A program made the position numbers and the translations under genes. The notes under the pieces are model-generated. The model had not been told where the DNA came from and did not search any database. It saw nothing but the letters and a program-made list of their open reading frames with translations. 36,302 nt of DNA, from the NCBI GenBank assembly GCA_050732955.1, contig JBOHRY010000269.1:1-36302 (forward strand). The letters run 5' to 3'. Shown here one piece after another: positions 1-10,729 of the stretch. This DNA comes from Gemmatimonadales bacterium (GTDB lineage Bacteria > Gemmatimonadota > Gemmatimonadetes > Gemmatimonadales > GWC2-71-9). Numbering within the stretch: the stretch's first letter is position 1; every line of letters begins with the position of its first letter.

Positions 1-1
1 G

Positions 2-388
2 TATTTCGCAACAGGACTGACGAGCCACGAGGCCGACGCCGACAAGAACGGCAGCGTGTCGGTCGCCGAGGCGTTCAACTACGCGCGCGACCAGGTGGCC
101 AAGGAATACGAGGCGACGAACCGCCTGCAGACGGAACATCCGACCATGGTGGACAGTGCTGGCGTGGCTACCCGGATCGCATTTGGCGGTGCGTCAGCGA
201 GCGCCGATCCGCGTGTCATCGCGCTGGCCGGCGAGCGACGCGTGCTGGAGGCGCAGGTCGATTCGCTGCGGCACGTGAAGGCGAGCATGGATTCAACGAC
301 TTATGAGAGCGCCCTGGAAAAGTTGCTCTTGCAGATCGCGGCGAAGACGCGGGCAATAACTCAGGCGCAATCCGGGGCACACCCGTGA
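2..388 (+). CDS. Caspase-like (peptidase C14 family) protein, C-terminal fragment; the 5' end lies upstream of the window
   Basis: The frame is open from the window edge (YFATGLTSHEADADKNGSVSVAEAFNYARDQVAKEYEATNRLQTEHP...). The track start at 56 is only an internal GTG. The 'AD.DKNG.VS..EAF.Y....V......Q.P' segment resembles the end of the bacterial caspase/metacaspase-type fold and is followed by a helical tail. The stop (TGA 386-388) overlaps the next gene's GTG (GTGA). Confidence 0.45.
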   Translation, partial: YFATGLTSHEADADKNGSVSVAEAFNYARDQVAKEYEATNRLQTEHPTMVDSAGVATRIAFGGASASADPRVIALAGERRVLEAQVDSLRHVKASMDSTTYESALEKLLLQIAAKTRAITQAQSGAHP

Positions 389-2862
389 CGCTCGGTCGCG
401 CGTTCTGGTTGCTGATCGGTGTGTTACCTGCGTGTCTCGCTGGACAGGCCAGAAAGCCCGGGGATCAGCGTGGCGTGCCGGGCCTCATCGAGTCGGGAAA
501 GCCGGACGATGCCGAACGCGCGGCAAGAGCCGGCGGCAATGCAATGGCGGTGACGCTCGGCGAGATCCTCGTCCTTCGCGGCAAGTTGCCGGCGGCCGAT
601 TCGATCTTCCGTGCGGCGGTCGCTGCGAAGCTTCCCGCGTACCGTTCGGCGGAGGCGGCCCTGGCCGAACTGGCCGCTCGTCGCGGTGATCGCGTGGCCG
701 CGATGTGTCTCGCCGAGACAGTAACGCTTGCATATCAGCAGGGCGGCGGCTCGTGGCCACCCGACGACCAGGTCGCGGCCGGCCGGGCGTTCGCCGTGCT
801 GGGCCGTTGGGACCCGCAGGCATTTCACGACGCACTGCGCGCGTACGATCACGCCGTGGCGGTCGATAGCAGCAACGTCGATGCCGAACTCCGGGCCGCC
901 GATCTCTTCCTCGACAAGTACAATGCTCCGGACGCGCGGGCGAGCTACCAGCTGGTGCTGGCGCGAGTCCCCGATCAGCCGCGCGCGCTCTTCGGACTCG
1001 CGCGCGCCGACGCGTTCGAAGGAAATCCGGGAGCCATGGGGCTTCTTCGCCAGAGCCTCAAGAGCAATCCGGCGCTGGTCCCGGCATTGCTGCTGCTGGC
1101 GAAGCAACATCTCGATGCGGAGGCGTACGACTCTGCGACCGCCGCGGCTCGGCGCGCGCTCGCGATTGATCCGAGCGCGGTGGCGGGTTGGGGTGTGCTC
1201 GGCGCGATCGCCTGGTTGCACGGTGACTCCGCGGATTACCACACGGCGCTGGCGGCCGCGGAACGCGAGCAGCCGGCGCCGGTGGATTTCTACGCCCAGA
1301 TCGCCGAGCTCGCGGCACAGCAGCGGCGATATTCCGACGCCGTGGTCATGGCGAATCTGGCTGTCAATGCTGATTCCGAGTCGGCTCGCGCGGTCGCCGT
1401 CCTGGCGTACAATCAGCTGCGCACTGGCGACATGGTGGCCGGGCGCGCGAATCTCGACCGCGCGTTCGCACTCGATCCCTACAATCTCTGGCACAAGAAC
1501 ACGCTCGACCTGCTCGACCAGGTCGCCACGTTCAAGACAGTCAGCACGCCGCGCTTCCGGATCGTGGCACCGGCCGACGAGGCAGACTATCTCGCGCTCT
1601 ACCTCGGCCCGCTACTGGAGGCCGCGTACGATTCATTCGCGATCCGCTACCAGCACCGTCCGCCGGTGCCGATTCGCGTCGAGCTTTATGGCCGCCACGC
1701 CGATTTCTCGGTTCGCACTGTCGGCCTGACGGGGCTGGGTGCCCTTGGTGTGAGCTTCGGGCCGGTGTTGATCCTGGATTCGCCGCGCGCGCAACAGACC
1801 GGCGATCTCAATTACGGTTCGACTGCGTGGCACGAACTCGCCCATACGTTCACGCTGGGACTCTCGCAGCACCGTGTACCGCGCTGGATTTCGGAAGGGC
1901 TGTCGGTGCTGGAAGAACGGCGCGCGGGACATGGGTGGGGTTTCGAGGTCTCGCCCGATTTTCTGGCGGCGTACAAGGGCGGGGTTCTTCCCCGGGCGAG
2001 TCAGATCAACGACGGGCTCGTCCGACCAACCTTTACGAACGAGATCGGTTTCAGCTACTACGAGGCATCGCTGGTCTGCGCCATGATCGAGGGGGAAGAT
2101 GGCATCGCCGGAATTCGCGCGATGCTCACGGCCTACGCCGAGGGATTCGATACGCCGGCCGTGCTGCAGCGCGTGCTCGGACTGACCCGGGACGCGTTCG
2201 ACCAGCATTTCGATCAATGGCTGCGGAGCCGGTTCGCCAGTGCGCTCGCGGTGATCGACTCGTCCGATGGCACCCGGGGCGCCACTGGCGCGTATGTCAC
2301 GATGGTGCATCGCGGTGCCGCGTTGATCAAGTCGGGACAGATCGACTCGGCTCGAACGGTCCTTCGGCGCGCGCAGCAGCTCTTTCCGGAGGATGGTACC
2401 GTCGATGGGCCGGCCTGGCAGCTGGCTCACCTCGACCGTGATCAGGGTCAGCTTCAGGCGGCGATCTCGCAGATCGACGCGGTTACCATGCGCAGCGAGA
2501 CCGCGGCGGATGCCAACGACGTCGAAGCGACGCTCCGCCTGGAAGTGGGCGATTCGGCCGGTGCGCGTGACGCACTGGAACGCGAGCAGTGGATCCAGCC
2601 GTACGATATCGGCCTGCACCAGCGGATGGCTGGCCTGAGCGAGGCGATGCACGACATGCCGCGAGCGGTGCGCGAGCGGCGAGCGATCGTGGCGTTGGGC
2701 CCGCCCGATCCGCTGGAAGCACGGTATCAGCTGGCCCGCACCCTGGCCCGCGCCGGCGATCGCGCCGGGGCGCGACGGGAAATTCTGCAGGTACTCGAAC
2801 AGGCGCCCGCGTTCGAGAAAGCTCAGGCGCTACTCCTCGAGCTTCAGGGCAGTTCTCCTTGA
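385..2862 (+). CDS. Secreted or lipoprotein TPR-repeat protein with a central HExxH (gluzincin/MA-clan) zinc metallopeptidase domain
   Basis: 825-aa ORF with high GC3. The N-terminus looks like a signal peptide with a lipobox-like LPAC (MTLGRAFWLLIGVLPACLAG). TPR-like Ala/Leu-rich repeats sit in the N- and C-terminal thirds. The central motif is WHELAHTFTLG...ISEGLSVLEE (HExxH plus a downstream Glu). Confidence 0.8.
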   Translation: MTLGRAFWLLIGVLPACLAGQARKPGDQRGVPGLIESGKPDDAERAARAGGNAMAVTLGEILVLRGKLPAADSIFRAAVAAKLPAYRSAEAALAELAARRGDRVAAMCLAETVTLAYQQGGGSWPPDDQVAAGRAFAVLGRWDPQAFHDALRAYDHAVAVDSSNVDAELRAADLFLDKYNAPDARASYQLVLARVPDQPRALFGLARADAFEGNPGAMGLLRQSLKSNPALVPALLLLAKQHLDAEAYDSATAAARRALAIDPSAVAGWGVLGAIAWLHGDSADYHTALAAAEREQPAPVDFYAQIAELAAQQRRYSDAVVMANLAVNADSESARAVAVLAYNQLRTGDMVAGRANLDRAFALDPYNLWHKNTLDLLDQVATFKTVSTPRFRIVAPADEADYLALYLGPLLEAAYDSFAIRYQHRPPVPIRVELYGRHADFSVRTVGLTGLGALGVSFGPVLILDSPRAQQTGDLNYGSTAWHELAHTFTLGLSQHRVPRWISEGLSVLEERRAGHGWGFEVSPDFLAAYKGGVLPRASQINDGLVRPTFTNEIGFSYYEASLVCAMIEGEDGIAGIRAMLTAYAEGFDTPAVLQRVLGLTRDAFDQHFDQWLRSRFASALAVIDSSDGTRGATGAYVTMVHRGAALIKSGQIDSARTVLRRAQQLFPEDGTVDGPAWQLAHLDRDQGQLQAAISQIDAVTMRSETAADANDVEATLRLEVGDSAGARDALEREQWIQPYDIGLHQRMAGLSEAMHDMPRAVRERRAIVALGPPDPLEARYQLARTLARAGDRAGARREILQVLEQAPAFEKAQALLLELQGSSP

Positions 2863-2878
2863 TCGGAAAGGAATCCGT

Positions 2879-3910
<1,032 letters not shown>

Positions 3911-3917
3911 GGCGGCC

Positions 3918-4817
3918 ATGTCCGACGCGCCGCAGTCGTTCATCGATCCCGCGGTCCTCGGGCGGATCGGCGATCTCGCGCTCCTGGCGCGAAGCGTCGT
4001 CAATGGGTTCGTGCATGGACTGCACCGCTCGATGCGGGCGGGCGTTTCCGTCGACTTCGCGGAGCATCGCCCATACCAGCCGGGCGACGACCTCCGGCGC
4101 GTCGACTGGCGAGTGTATGGCCGGACCGATCGCTTCTATCTCAAGACTTACGAGGCCGACACCAATGCCGATGTGATCTTCGCGCTTGATGCGTCGGCGT
4201 CGATGGATTTCGGCTCGGGACCGGTTGGCAAGTTCGATTACGCCCGGTTCCTGGTCGCCTCGCTGGCCTGGCTGGCGCAGCGACAGGGCGATCGGGTCGG
4301 CCTGGTGACTCTCGCCGGCGATCTGCTCGACATCGTGCCGCCGTCGACCCGGCATCTGCAGCTGCTGCTGCACACCCTTGGGCGGGTCAAAGCCCGCGGT
4401 GCCGGCCAGATTCCCGCCATGCTGGAGCGGGTCGCCCAGCTCCGCGGCCGGAACGGCATCGTCGTGCTGGTGTCCGACTGCTACGAAGAACCGGCGGTAC
4501 TGCGGCAGTCGCTGGCCGGGCTGCACGCCCGCGGCGACGACGTGATCATCTTCCACGTGATCGATGCGGCCGAGCGCGACCTGCCGTGGACGGCGCCGGG
4601 AAACTTCGAGGATTCGGAAACCGGTGTCCGCATGCCACTGCGGCCAGATGAACTTCGCAAGCAGTACCGGGAGATCTTCGACGCGCACCGGTCCGAGCTG
4701 GCGCGCGAGCTGAGCCGCGAAGGGATCGACTATGTCACGGTTGCAACGGACCAGCCGCTCGACGGCGCGCTCCGGACGTTTCTTGATCTTCGACTGATGG
4801 GAAGCCGGGTGCGCTGA
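3918..4817 (+). CDS. DUF58 domain protein (vWA-like partner of MoxR)
   Basis: The typical DUF58 motif RPYQPGDDLRRVDWRVYGRTDRFYLKTYEADTN, followed by a MIDAS-like DASASMDFG. Lies immediately downstream of the MoxR gene. Confidence 0.9.
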   Translation: MSDAPQSFIDPAVLGRIGDLALLARSVVNGFVHGLHRSMRAGVSVDFAEHRPYQPGDDLRRVDWRVYGRTDRFYLKTYEADTNADVIFALDASASMDFGSGPVGKFDYARFLVASLAWLAQRQGDRVGLVTLAGDLLDIVPPSTRHLQLLLHTLGRVKARGAGQIPAMLERVAQLRGRNGIVVLVSDCYEEPAVLRQSLAGLHARGDDVIIFHVIDAAERDLPWTAPGNFEDSETGVRMPLRPDELRKQYREIFDAHRSELARELSREGIDYVTVATDQPLDGALRTFLDLRLMGSRVR

Positions 4818-6895
4818 TGCCGGTGGTCTTCCTCGTCCCGGCGATTCTGGGCGGCTTGCTGGCGCTTGGCGTGCCATTGCTGTTGCATCTGAGACGGCGG
4901 GAGCGCGAACGACCGATGCGCTTCCCATCACTGATGTTCCTGCAGCGCGTCACGATCAGCACGGCGCGCCGCCGGCGCATTACCGATTGGCCGCTCCTGC
5001 TGGTGCGAGCCCTGATCGTGGCACTGGCGGTGCTGGCATTCGCGCGACCTGTCGTGCGGCCCCACCCAGGTGCCGCGGCGGCGCGCGGCACCCGACGCGT
5101 GGTGCTGCTGGTGGATCGCTCGATGAGCATGGGCCACACCGCTGTCTGGCCAGCGGCCATCGACTCGGCGCGCAGTGTGATCGGGGCATTGGCGCCGGGT
5201 GACCGGGTCGCCGTCATCACGTTCGATGAGGATGCCACGATCGAACAGCCGCTGACCCTCGATCACGCGGCGGCGCTCGCGGCGGTGAACCGGATTCGGC
5301 CTGGAAGTCGCGCGACCCGCTTTGGCTCGGGGATCCGGGCAGCGCGGGAGTTGCTGCTCAAGGAAGCGGATGTGCAGGGCGGCGAGATCGCGATGGTGAC
5401 CGACCTGCAACAGAACGTAACCGCCGGCATCGTGGGCTTGACGCTCCCACCAACGGTCCATCTCCGGGCCATCGACGTCGGCGCGAGACAGCATGGCAGC
5501 GCTGCCGTGGTCGGCGTGGATGTTGAACGTCTTCCTGGCACCGCGGACGCGCCCAACCGGCTCGCCGTGTCGGCGCATATCGCGACGCGGGGATTCGCGG
5601 CACCGCGCAAAGTGCACGTTACGCTCTCAGCCAACGGTCGGTCGAGCGGATCGCGCGAAGTGACGCTGCCAGCCGACGGCAGCACCGCCGCCGCATTCCC
5701 ACCCGTCGCCCTTCCACTTGGCGTGATTCGCTTGGTTGTCTCGATCGATCACGATTCGCTCCGCGCTGACGACGTGTTCAATGTGGTGGTTCCGGCGGAG
5801 CTGGTGCGTCGCGTGGTGATGGTCGTCCCCCGTGATCTCGAACCCGACGAAACACTGTATCTCGAGCGGGCGCTCGCCACGGGGCAGGATCCCGCAATGC
5901 GCGTCGAGCGGCGCAATGCCGCCGGACTCGATGCCGCGACGCTGCGCGATGCGGTTGCCGTCGTGCTCTACGACGTGCCGATGCCGGCAGGATCGAGTGG
6001 CAATGCGCTCGCCGCGTGGGTGCACGACGGCGGCGGCCTGGTGAGCGTAGCCGGGCGCCGGATGGGCGGACGCACCGGCATCGGCGGGCTGCTCCCCGGA
6101 GTCGCTCGCGGGATGGTGGATCGCACGGGTGATCACGGTGGCGTGCTCGGTGCAACCGCGCCCGAGCATCCGATCTTCGCGCCGCTCGGTCGAGCCGGTG
6201 GTGGGCCGCTCGGCGGCACCAGATTTTTTCGGTATCCGAGACTTGTCCCCGCCGCGGATGCGCAGATCGTGGCGCGCTTCGACGATGGATCGCCGGCGCT
6301 GGTCGAGCGCCAGGAGGGCTCCGGGCGCGTCGTGATGACGGCGACGGCACTCGATGCAACGTCCGGGGATTTTCCCCTTCAGCCTGCCTACCTTCCCTTC
6401 GTGAGAGGAATGGTGCTGTATGCGGCCGGGACGGCGGCGGCGCCGCTCTGGCACTCGGCGGGAGATGGATGGGTCGTGCCGCCAGCCGTCCGGAATCCGG
6501 TGGTGAAGACGCCGTCCGGTGCGTTCCTGCGGCCGGATGTCGGTCGGACTCTGAACGCTGTTGCGCTGGACGAGGCCGGCTTCTACACGATGTACGAGGG
6601 CCAGGCCTCCGGCGATCCGCTCGCTGTCGTGGCGGTGAATCCGCCGGCGCTCGAATCGGACCTGACGTCAATCAAGCCGAACGAACTCCTCGTGGGTGTG
6701 GGGCAGGACAGCGTCAAGGCATCGACACTCACCACGGCATCGCTGGCCGAGGCGGAACGACGGCAGCGCATCTGGCGCACTCTGCTGTTGGTTGCTGCCG
6801 CGATGCTTCTGGGTGAGCTGGTGATGACCACTCGCGGCTGGCGTGGCACCGCCGCGAAGTTCGTCGGCACGGCTCCGGACGGGACAGCACCATGA
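4817..6895 (+). CDS. BatA-N-terminal-domain / vWA domain membrane protein
   Basis: N-terminal double-TM BatA-type motif (LGVPLLLHLRRRERERPMRFPSLMFLQRV), vWA MIDAS VVLLVDRSMSMG, and a C-terminal TM (WRTLLLVAAAMLLGELVM). Its ATG overlaps the upstream stop (TGATG). Confidence 0.85.
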   Translation: MPVVFLVPAILGGLLALGVPLLLHLRRRERERPMRFPSLMFLQRVTISTARRRRITDWPLLLVRALIVALAVLAFARPVVRPHPGAAAARGTRRVVLLVDRSMSMGHTAVWPAAIDSARSVIGALAPGDRVAVITFDEDATIEQPLTLDHAAALAAVNRIRPGSRATRFGSGIRAARELLLKEADVQGGEIAMVTDLQQNVTAGIVGLTLPPTVHLRAIDVGARQHGSAAVVGVDVERLPGTADAPNRLAVSAHIATRGFAAPRKVHVTLSANGRSSGSREVTLPADGSTAAAFPPVALPLGVIRLVVSIDHDSLRADDVFNVVVPAELVRRVVMVVPRDLEPDETLYLERALATGQDPAMRVERRNAAGLDAATLRDAVAVVLYDVPMPAGSSGNALAAWVHDGGGLVSVAGRRMGGRTGIGGLLPGVARGMVDRTGDHGGVLGATAPEHPIFAPLGRAGGGPLGGTRFFRYPRLVPAADAQIVARFDDGSPALVERQEGSGRVVMTATALDATSGDFPLQPAYLPFVRGMVLYAAGTAAAPLWHSAGDGWVVPPAVRNPVVKTPSGAFLRPDVGRTLNAVALDEAGFYTMYEGQASGDPLAVVAVNPPALESDLTSIKPNELLVGVGQDSVKASTLTTASLAEAERRQRIWRTLLLVAAAMLLGELVMTTRGWRGTAAKFVGTAPDGTAP

Positions 6896-9800
6896 GCGAA
6901 ATCGCCAGCAACAGAGTCGGGCGAGACGACGCGCTTCAGGCCGCGGTCGCGACGATGCGTAGGAAGTGGCGGATGCGTCGCGTGCTGGAGGGCGGTCCGG
7001 CAATACTCGCTGCGGCACTCGCCGCGCTGCTCGTAGGACTTGCACTGCGGAGCGCACTCGGATCGCCAGCCGCAATCATCATGGCGACTCGGGTGGCCGG
7101 ATACGCGGTCCTGATTGTGGTGGCAGCGTGGTGGATAATCCGGCCCGCCCTGCGGCGCGTCGATGACGAACAGATAGCGTTGTACGTCGAGGAGCAGGCG
7201 CCTGAACTGCGCCAGCTCTTCCTGAGCGCTGTCTACGAACTGGGACATCCCGCGGCGCCCGGAGAATCCCCCGCTCTCCGGCAACGGGTGATCCAGCGCG
7301 CCCTCGACGAGTTCGAACGGCTCGAGCAGGGGACTGCGATCGAGCGGCCCCGCACACGCCGGGCACTCGTGCGACTCGGCGCGCTGGCGCTGGCCGGCGC
7401 TCTGCTCGTCGCCCTCGGGCCTGCGGCGGTTCGCGACAGCGCGCGAATCCTCTTCGTGCCGTGGTCCCGCGCCGCGGCGGCCACCGTGCCGAGTCTGTCA
7501 GTATCGCCGGGCAATGCCAGTGTCCCACGCGGCGCGGCGCTCGATGTCGCCGCGCAATTGCGTGCGCTGCCGGATCGTGGTGCCGAGCTTGTGCTGCGCA
7601 CGGACAGTGCTGCGACATGGATCCGCATTCCCATGGTGCACGACTCGACCGGCACTCGATACGTTGCCCGCATCTTCGACATCAACGAAAACACTCACTA
7701 CTACGTCGAGGCAGGAGGGTTTCGCTCGCCCGAATACCAGGTGAGCGTGACCGATCTGCCGACGGTCAAGCAGTTGTCGCTGGAACTGCGGTACCCGGCC
7801 TACACCGGGCTCGCGCCGCAGAAGATCGAGAACGGCGGTGATGTGGCCGCGGTGACCGGCACCACCGCGGCGGTCAACATCGCGGCCACGCTTCCGGTCA
7901 CAGCGGGCTCGCTCCAGTTCGATGACGGAACCGCCTCGCCGCTCGTGCTGGGAAGCGACGGCCGGCTCACCGGATCATTCAAGGTGACTCACGACGGCTT
8001 CTACCGCGTTGACCTGGTCGCCAGCAATGGCACGAAGGTACCGGGCACGGTGCAGCACTCCGTCGAGGCGCTGGTAGACCATCCACCCACGATCCGGATT
8101 GACAAGCCAGGACGCGACACTCGCATCACTTCGGTGGAAGAGGTTCCCGTCTCGATTCGCGCGAATGACGATTACGGCGTGCGCGACGTGCGGCTCCATT
8201 ACAGCGTCAATGGCGGGAAGGATCAGATCGTGGCCCTGAGCGACAGCGCCCGCCGGGGGAGTCTCGACTTCAGCGCGGTGCACACGATGTTCCTGGAGGA
8301 GATGTCGCTGCACCCGGGCGACCTGATTGCGTACCACGCCACCGCGCGCGATGACGCCGGCAACACCGCCTCGAGTGATATCTACTTCATGGAAGTGCGG
8401 CCCTTCGGGCGGGATTATCGCGCCGCGGAGGACGACGGCGGCGGGGGTGGTGGTGGTGGCGGGAACAATCCTGGACAGTTTACCCAGCGCCAGCGTGAAC
8501 TGATCGCCGGAACGTTCAACTGGCAGCGTGACAGTGCGCGAACCGCTGACCGTGATCGTCGCGCCAACGCGGCAACGCTCGCGATTGCGCAGGGAAAACT
8601 GCACGAGGATGTGACTGTCCAGGCAGAGCGGATGGCCGCTCGCGGCGTGTCCGGGGAAGACAGCGGCTTCGTGGTCGTGCAAGCGGAGCTCGACAGCGCC
8701 GGCCAGGCGATGAAGCCGGCCGAGGATGGGCTCGGGCGGCACGCGATGGGTGATGCGATTCCGGCGCAGGAACAGGCGTTGCAGCACCTGCAGGCCGCCG
8801 ACGCGGCGTATCGCGACATCACGGTACGCCGTGGAGGCAGCGGGGGCGGTGGCGGCGGTGGTGGTAGCGGTGCCAACGCGCAGGATCTGGCCGATCTCTT
8901 CGAGCTGCAGACCGACAAGCTCAAGAACCAGTACGAAGCGCCGCGCGCCGAAGCATCCAGCAGCACGCAGCAGGCGCTGGATTCCACCCAGGAAAAACTG
9001 CGGCAGCTCGCCGCACGCCAGCAGGAAGAGAATGAGCGGCAGCAGCGCATGGCCGATGCGCTTCAGCAGCGCATGGGATCGCAATCCGGGGGCCAACAAC
9101 AGGGCGGCGCCGGTCAGCGCGCCGGTCAGTCGGGCGCAGGACAATCCGGCGGAGGACAAAGCGGTCGTTCGGGCGCGAACGGCACGCGCTCGGCGCAGCA
9201 GCTGTCGCGAGCACCGAGTGGTGGTGGGCAGTCGGGAAGCGCACAACGGGACCTGGCGCGACAAGTCGAAGAGCAGGCGCGGCAGCTCGAGCGCCTCTCG
9301 CGAGACCAGAATTCCGCGGAATTGGCCGAAGCGGCGCGGCGGCTGCAGGAAGCCGCCGATGCGATGCATCAGGCCGCCACTGGCGCAACGCAGCAGGGAA
9401 ACACGGCACTCGACCGGTTGCGTCAGGCATCGCAGAGCATCGAGGGCGCCCAGACTGCGTCCGAAGGAGCGGCGATTCAGGGCCTGGCGCGGCAGGCAGC
9501 CAACCTGGGAGAGCGGCAGCGCGAGATCGCGAAGGATGTCGCCGGGCTCCAGACGATGAACCCGGCCGAACAGGACCAGCGCGCACCGGGACTGATGCAG
9601 CGCAAGGATTCGCTGAGCGACGCGGTGCGCCAGCTCGCCGCCGACGCTGAGCGGGTCGCGCGGCAAACGCGCTCTGATCAGCCCAAGCCGGCCGCGGCGG
9701 CGCAAACCGCCGCCAACGATATTCGCGATCGTCGCGTGCTCGAACAGATCGAGGCGTCGAAGCGGATCATGCGCGCGGGCTCGCCGGAGTACTCGCGAAG

Positions 9801-10707
9801 CCTGGAAGGAGTGATCGGCGAAACGCTCGATAGCGTCGCGAGTAGGCTGGCACAGGCGGCGGGAAGTGTCGGCGCGCGTCGCGGAGCGCAGCAGTCGCTG
9901 GCGCTGGATCGCACGCGCGACCTGGTGCGCGATCTCGAGTCGTTGCGTGATCGAACGCTCAGCGATTCGGCAGCCGGAACCGATGCTGCCAACGCGCGCG
10001 GCGGTGGCTCACGCGATGCGCCCGATGGTCGGAGTCAGGCCGGTGGTGCGCGACCCGGGTCAGCGGAATCGCCCCAAACTGATGAGGCCCGATCTGGTCA
10101 GGCTCAGTCGGGATCCCAACCAGGGCAGGGTCAACAAGGTCGGGCTGGCTCGTCGGCTGGTCAGGGCCAGCCGGGGCGCGCGAGCGGGCAGAGTCAGTCC
10201 GGCCGGGGGGCAGCGGGGCAGCCGGGTCAAGGGCAACCGGGACAGGGTCAGCCAGGCGGGGGCCAGGCTGCACAAGGGGGTCAGCAAACCGGCCAAGCCG
10301 GCGGTGCAGGATCGAGAATCGGTAATCAAGTGGCTGGTGGCGGCGCTGGCGGAGTTGATCGCAGCAATGTCGATCCGCGCCAATTCCGAGGTGAAGTGGG
10401 AGCCCGGATTCAATCCGCCGAGCAGCTGCGGCGAGACCTCTCGGCGCAGGGTGTCGATGTGGCGCCGCTCGACCGCGCCATCGGTCAGCTCAAGAGGCTC
10501 ATGGATGCCACCAATCCAGGCCGCACCGACGATCTGCAAGCGGCGATCGTCACCGGGCTCAAGGAGTTTGAGTTCGACGTCTGGCGGAAATTCAACGGTG
10601 ACCCGGCCGGTACGCCTGCGCTGGGGTCAGCGGCGCAGGTGCCGCCACAGTACCGCGCGATGGTGGAGGAATACTTCCGTTCACTAGCGCGGAAGGGACC
10701 GAATTAG
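6892..10707 (+). CDS. Large membrane-anchored low-complexity protein (DUF4175-like terminal member of MoxR/BatA clusters)
   Basis: 1271-aa ORF with an ATGA overlap onto the upstream gene. Three N-terminal hydrophobic segments, then a beta-rich middle region, then a coiled-coil-like Q/A/R/E-rich region containing poly-Gly and Q/G/S/P-rich tracts. The family assignment comes from position and architecture only. Confidence 0.7.
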   Translation: MSEIASNRVGRDDALQAAVATMRRKWRMRRVLEGGPAILAAALAALLVGLALRSALGSPAAIIMATRVAGYAVLIVVAAWWIIRPALRRVDDEQIALYVEEQAPELRQLFLSAVYELGHPAAPGESPALRQRVIQRALDEFERLEQGTAIERPRTRRALVRLGALALAGALLVALGPAAVRDSARILFVPWSRAAAATVPSLSVSPGNASVPRGAALDVAAQLRALPDRGAELVLRTDSAATWIRIPMVHDSTGTRYVARIFDINENTHYYVEAGGFRSPEYQVSVTDLPTVKQLSLELRYPAYTGLAPQKIENGGDVAAVTGTTAAVNIAATLPVTAGSLQFDDGTASPLVLGSDGRLTGSFKVTHDGFYRVDLVASNGTKVPGTVQHSVEALVDHPPTIRIDKPGRDTRITSVEEVPVSIRANDDYGVRDVRLHYSVNGGKDQIVALSDSARRGSLDFSAVHTMFLEEMSLHPGDLIAYHATARDDAGNTASSDIYFMEVRPFGRDYRAAEDDGGGGGGGGGNNPGQFTQRQRELIAGTFNWQRDSARTADRDRRANAATLAIAQGKLHEDVTVQAERMAARGVSGEDSGFVVVQAELDSAGQAMKPAEDGLGRHAMGDAIPAQEQALQHLQAADAAYRDITVRRGGSGGGGGGGGSGANAQDLADLFELQTDKLKNQYEAPRAEASSSTQQALDSTQEKLRQLAARQQEENERQQRMADALQQRMGSQSGGQQQGGAGQRAGQSGAGQSGGGQSGRSGANGTRSAQQLSRAPSGGGQSGSAQRDLARQVEEQARQLERLSRDQNSAELAEAARRLQEAADAMHQAATGATQQGNTALDRLRQASQSIEGAQTASEGAAIQGLARQAANLGERQREIAKDVAGLQTMNPAEQDQRAPGLMQRKDSLSDAVRQLAADAERVARQTRSDQPKPAAAAQTAANDIRDRRVLEQIEASKRIMRAGSPEYSRSLEGVIGETLDSVASRLAQAAGSVGARRGAQQSLALDRTRDLVRDLESLRDRTLSDSAAGTDAANARGGGSRDAPDGRSQAGGARPGSAESPQTDEARSGQAQSGSQPGQGQQGRAGSSAGQGQPGRASGQSQSGRGAAGQPGQGQPGQGQPGGGQAAQGGQQTGQAGGAGSRIGNQVAGGGAGGVDRSNVDPRQFRGEVGARIQSAEQLRRDLSAQGVDVAPLDRAIGQLKRLMDATNPGRTDDLQAAIVTGLKEFEFDVWRKFNGDPAGTPALGSAAQVPPQYRAMVEEYFRSLARKGPN
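8437..8463 (+). repeat. In-frame run of 9 glycine codons (GGN)9
   Basis: ggc ggc ggg ggt ggt ggt ggt ggc ggg, encoding DDGGGGGGGGGNN inside the 6892-10707 CDS. Confidence 0.9.
8833..8871 (+). repeat. Second in-frame Gly-rich codon run (GGSGGGGGGGGSG)
   Basis: gga ggc agc ggg ggc ggt ggc ggc ggt ggt ggt agc ggt, within the same CDS. Confidence 0.9.
9076..9183 (+). repeat. Q/G/S-rich low-complexity coding tract
   Basis: Encodes GSQSGGQQQGGAGQRAGQSGAGQSGGGQSGRSGANG, with reiterated (A/G)GQSG units. Confidence 0.8.
10093..10314 (+). repeat. Q/G/P/S-rich low-complexity coding tract with tandem QPGQG units
   Basis: Encodes SGQAQSGSQPGQGQQGRAGSSAGQGQPGRASGQSQSGRGAAGQPGQGQPGQGQPGGGQAAQGGQQTGQAGGAGS. 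The DNA shows imperfect 15-nt periodicity around 10219-10254. Confidence 0.8.
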
Positions 10708-10729
10708 CGCGCCGCGCCATGCGGCGCGC
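10707..10729 (+). terminator. GC-rich stem-loop directly after the stop codon; possible intrinsic terminator without a U-tract
   Basis: GCGCGCCGC gccat GCGGCGCGC is a perfect 9-bp stem with a 5-nt loop. It starts at the last base of the TAG stop (10705-10707) and precedes the longest non-coding gap in the window. No T-run follows. Confidence 0.45.

Noticed and set aside
424-1494. 356-aa minus-strand ORF. Similar long minus-strand ORFs lie at 1633-2652, 3846-4931, 5627-6671, 10592-11368, 13740-14657, 14540-15352, 15349-16026, 18687-19700, 22174-23241, 24479-25399, 30536-31513, 31919-33247, 33244-34212, 34375-35166 and 35018-36022.
   Set aside because: All lie antisense to + strand genes that have clear homology or motifs. 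Their products are Arg/Pro/Gly-rich, as expected when GC-rich coding DNA is read in the wrong frame.
8437-8871. Runs of GGN triplets considered as a possible microsatellite, G-quadruplex element or non-coding repeat
   Set aside because: They are in frame and encode poly-Gly linkers inside a continuous 1271-aa ORF, so I recorded them as coding low-complexity repeats. A G4 role cannot be assessed from sequence alone.
7975-9705. 576-aa minus-strand ORF, with a nested 211-aa and 221-aa ORF, antisense to the large low-complexity protein gene
   Set aside because: This is a typical GC-rich shadow ORF. Its composition is Arg/Leu/Ala/Pro-rich with no recognisable domains, and it lies entirely inside a + strand gene with better coding features and operon context.
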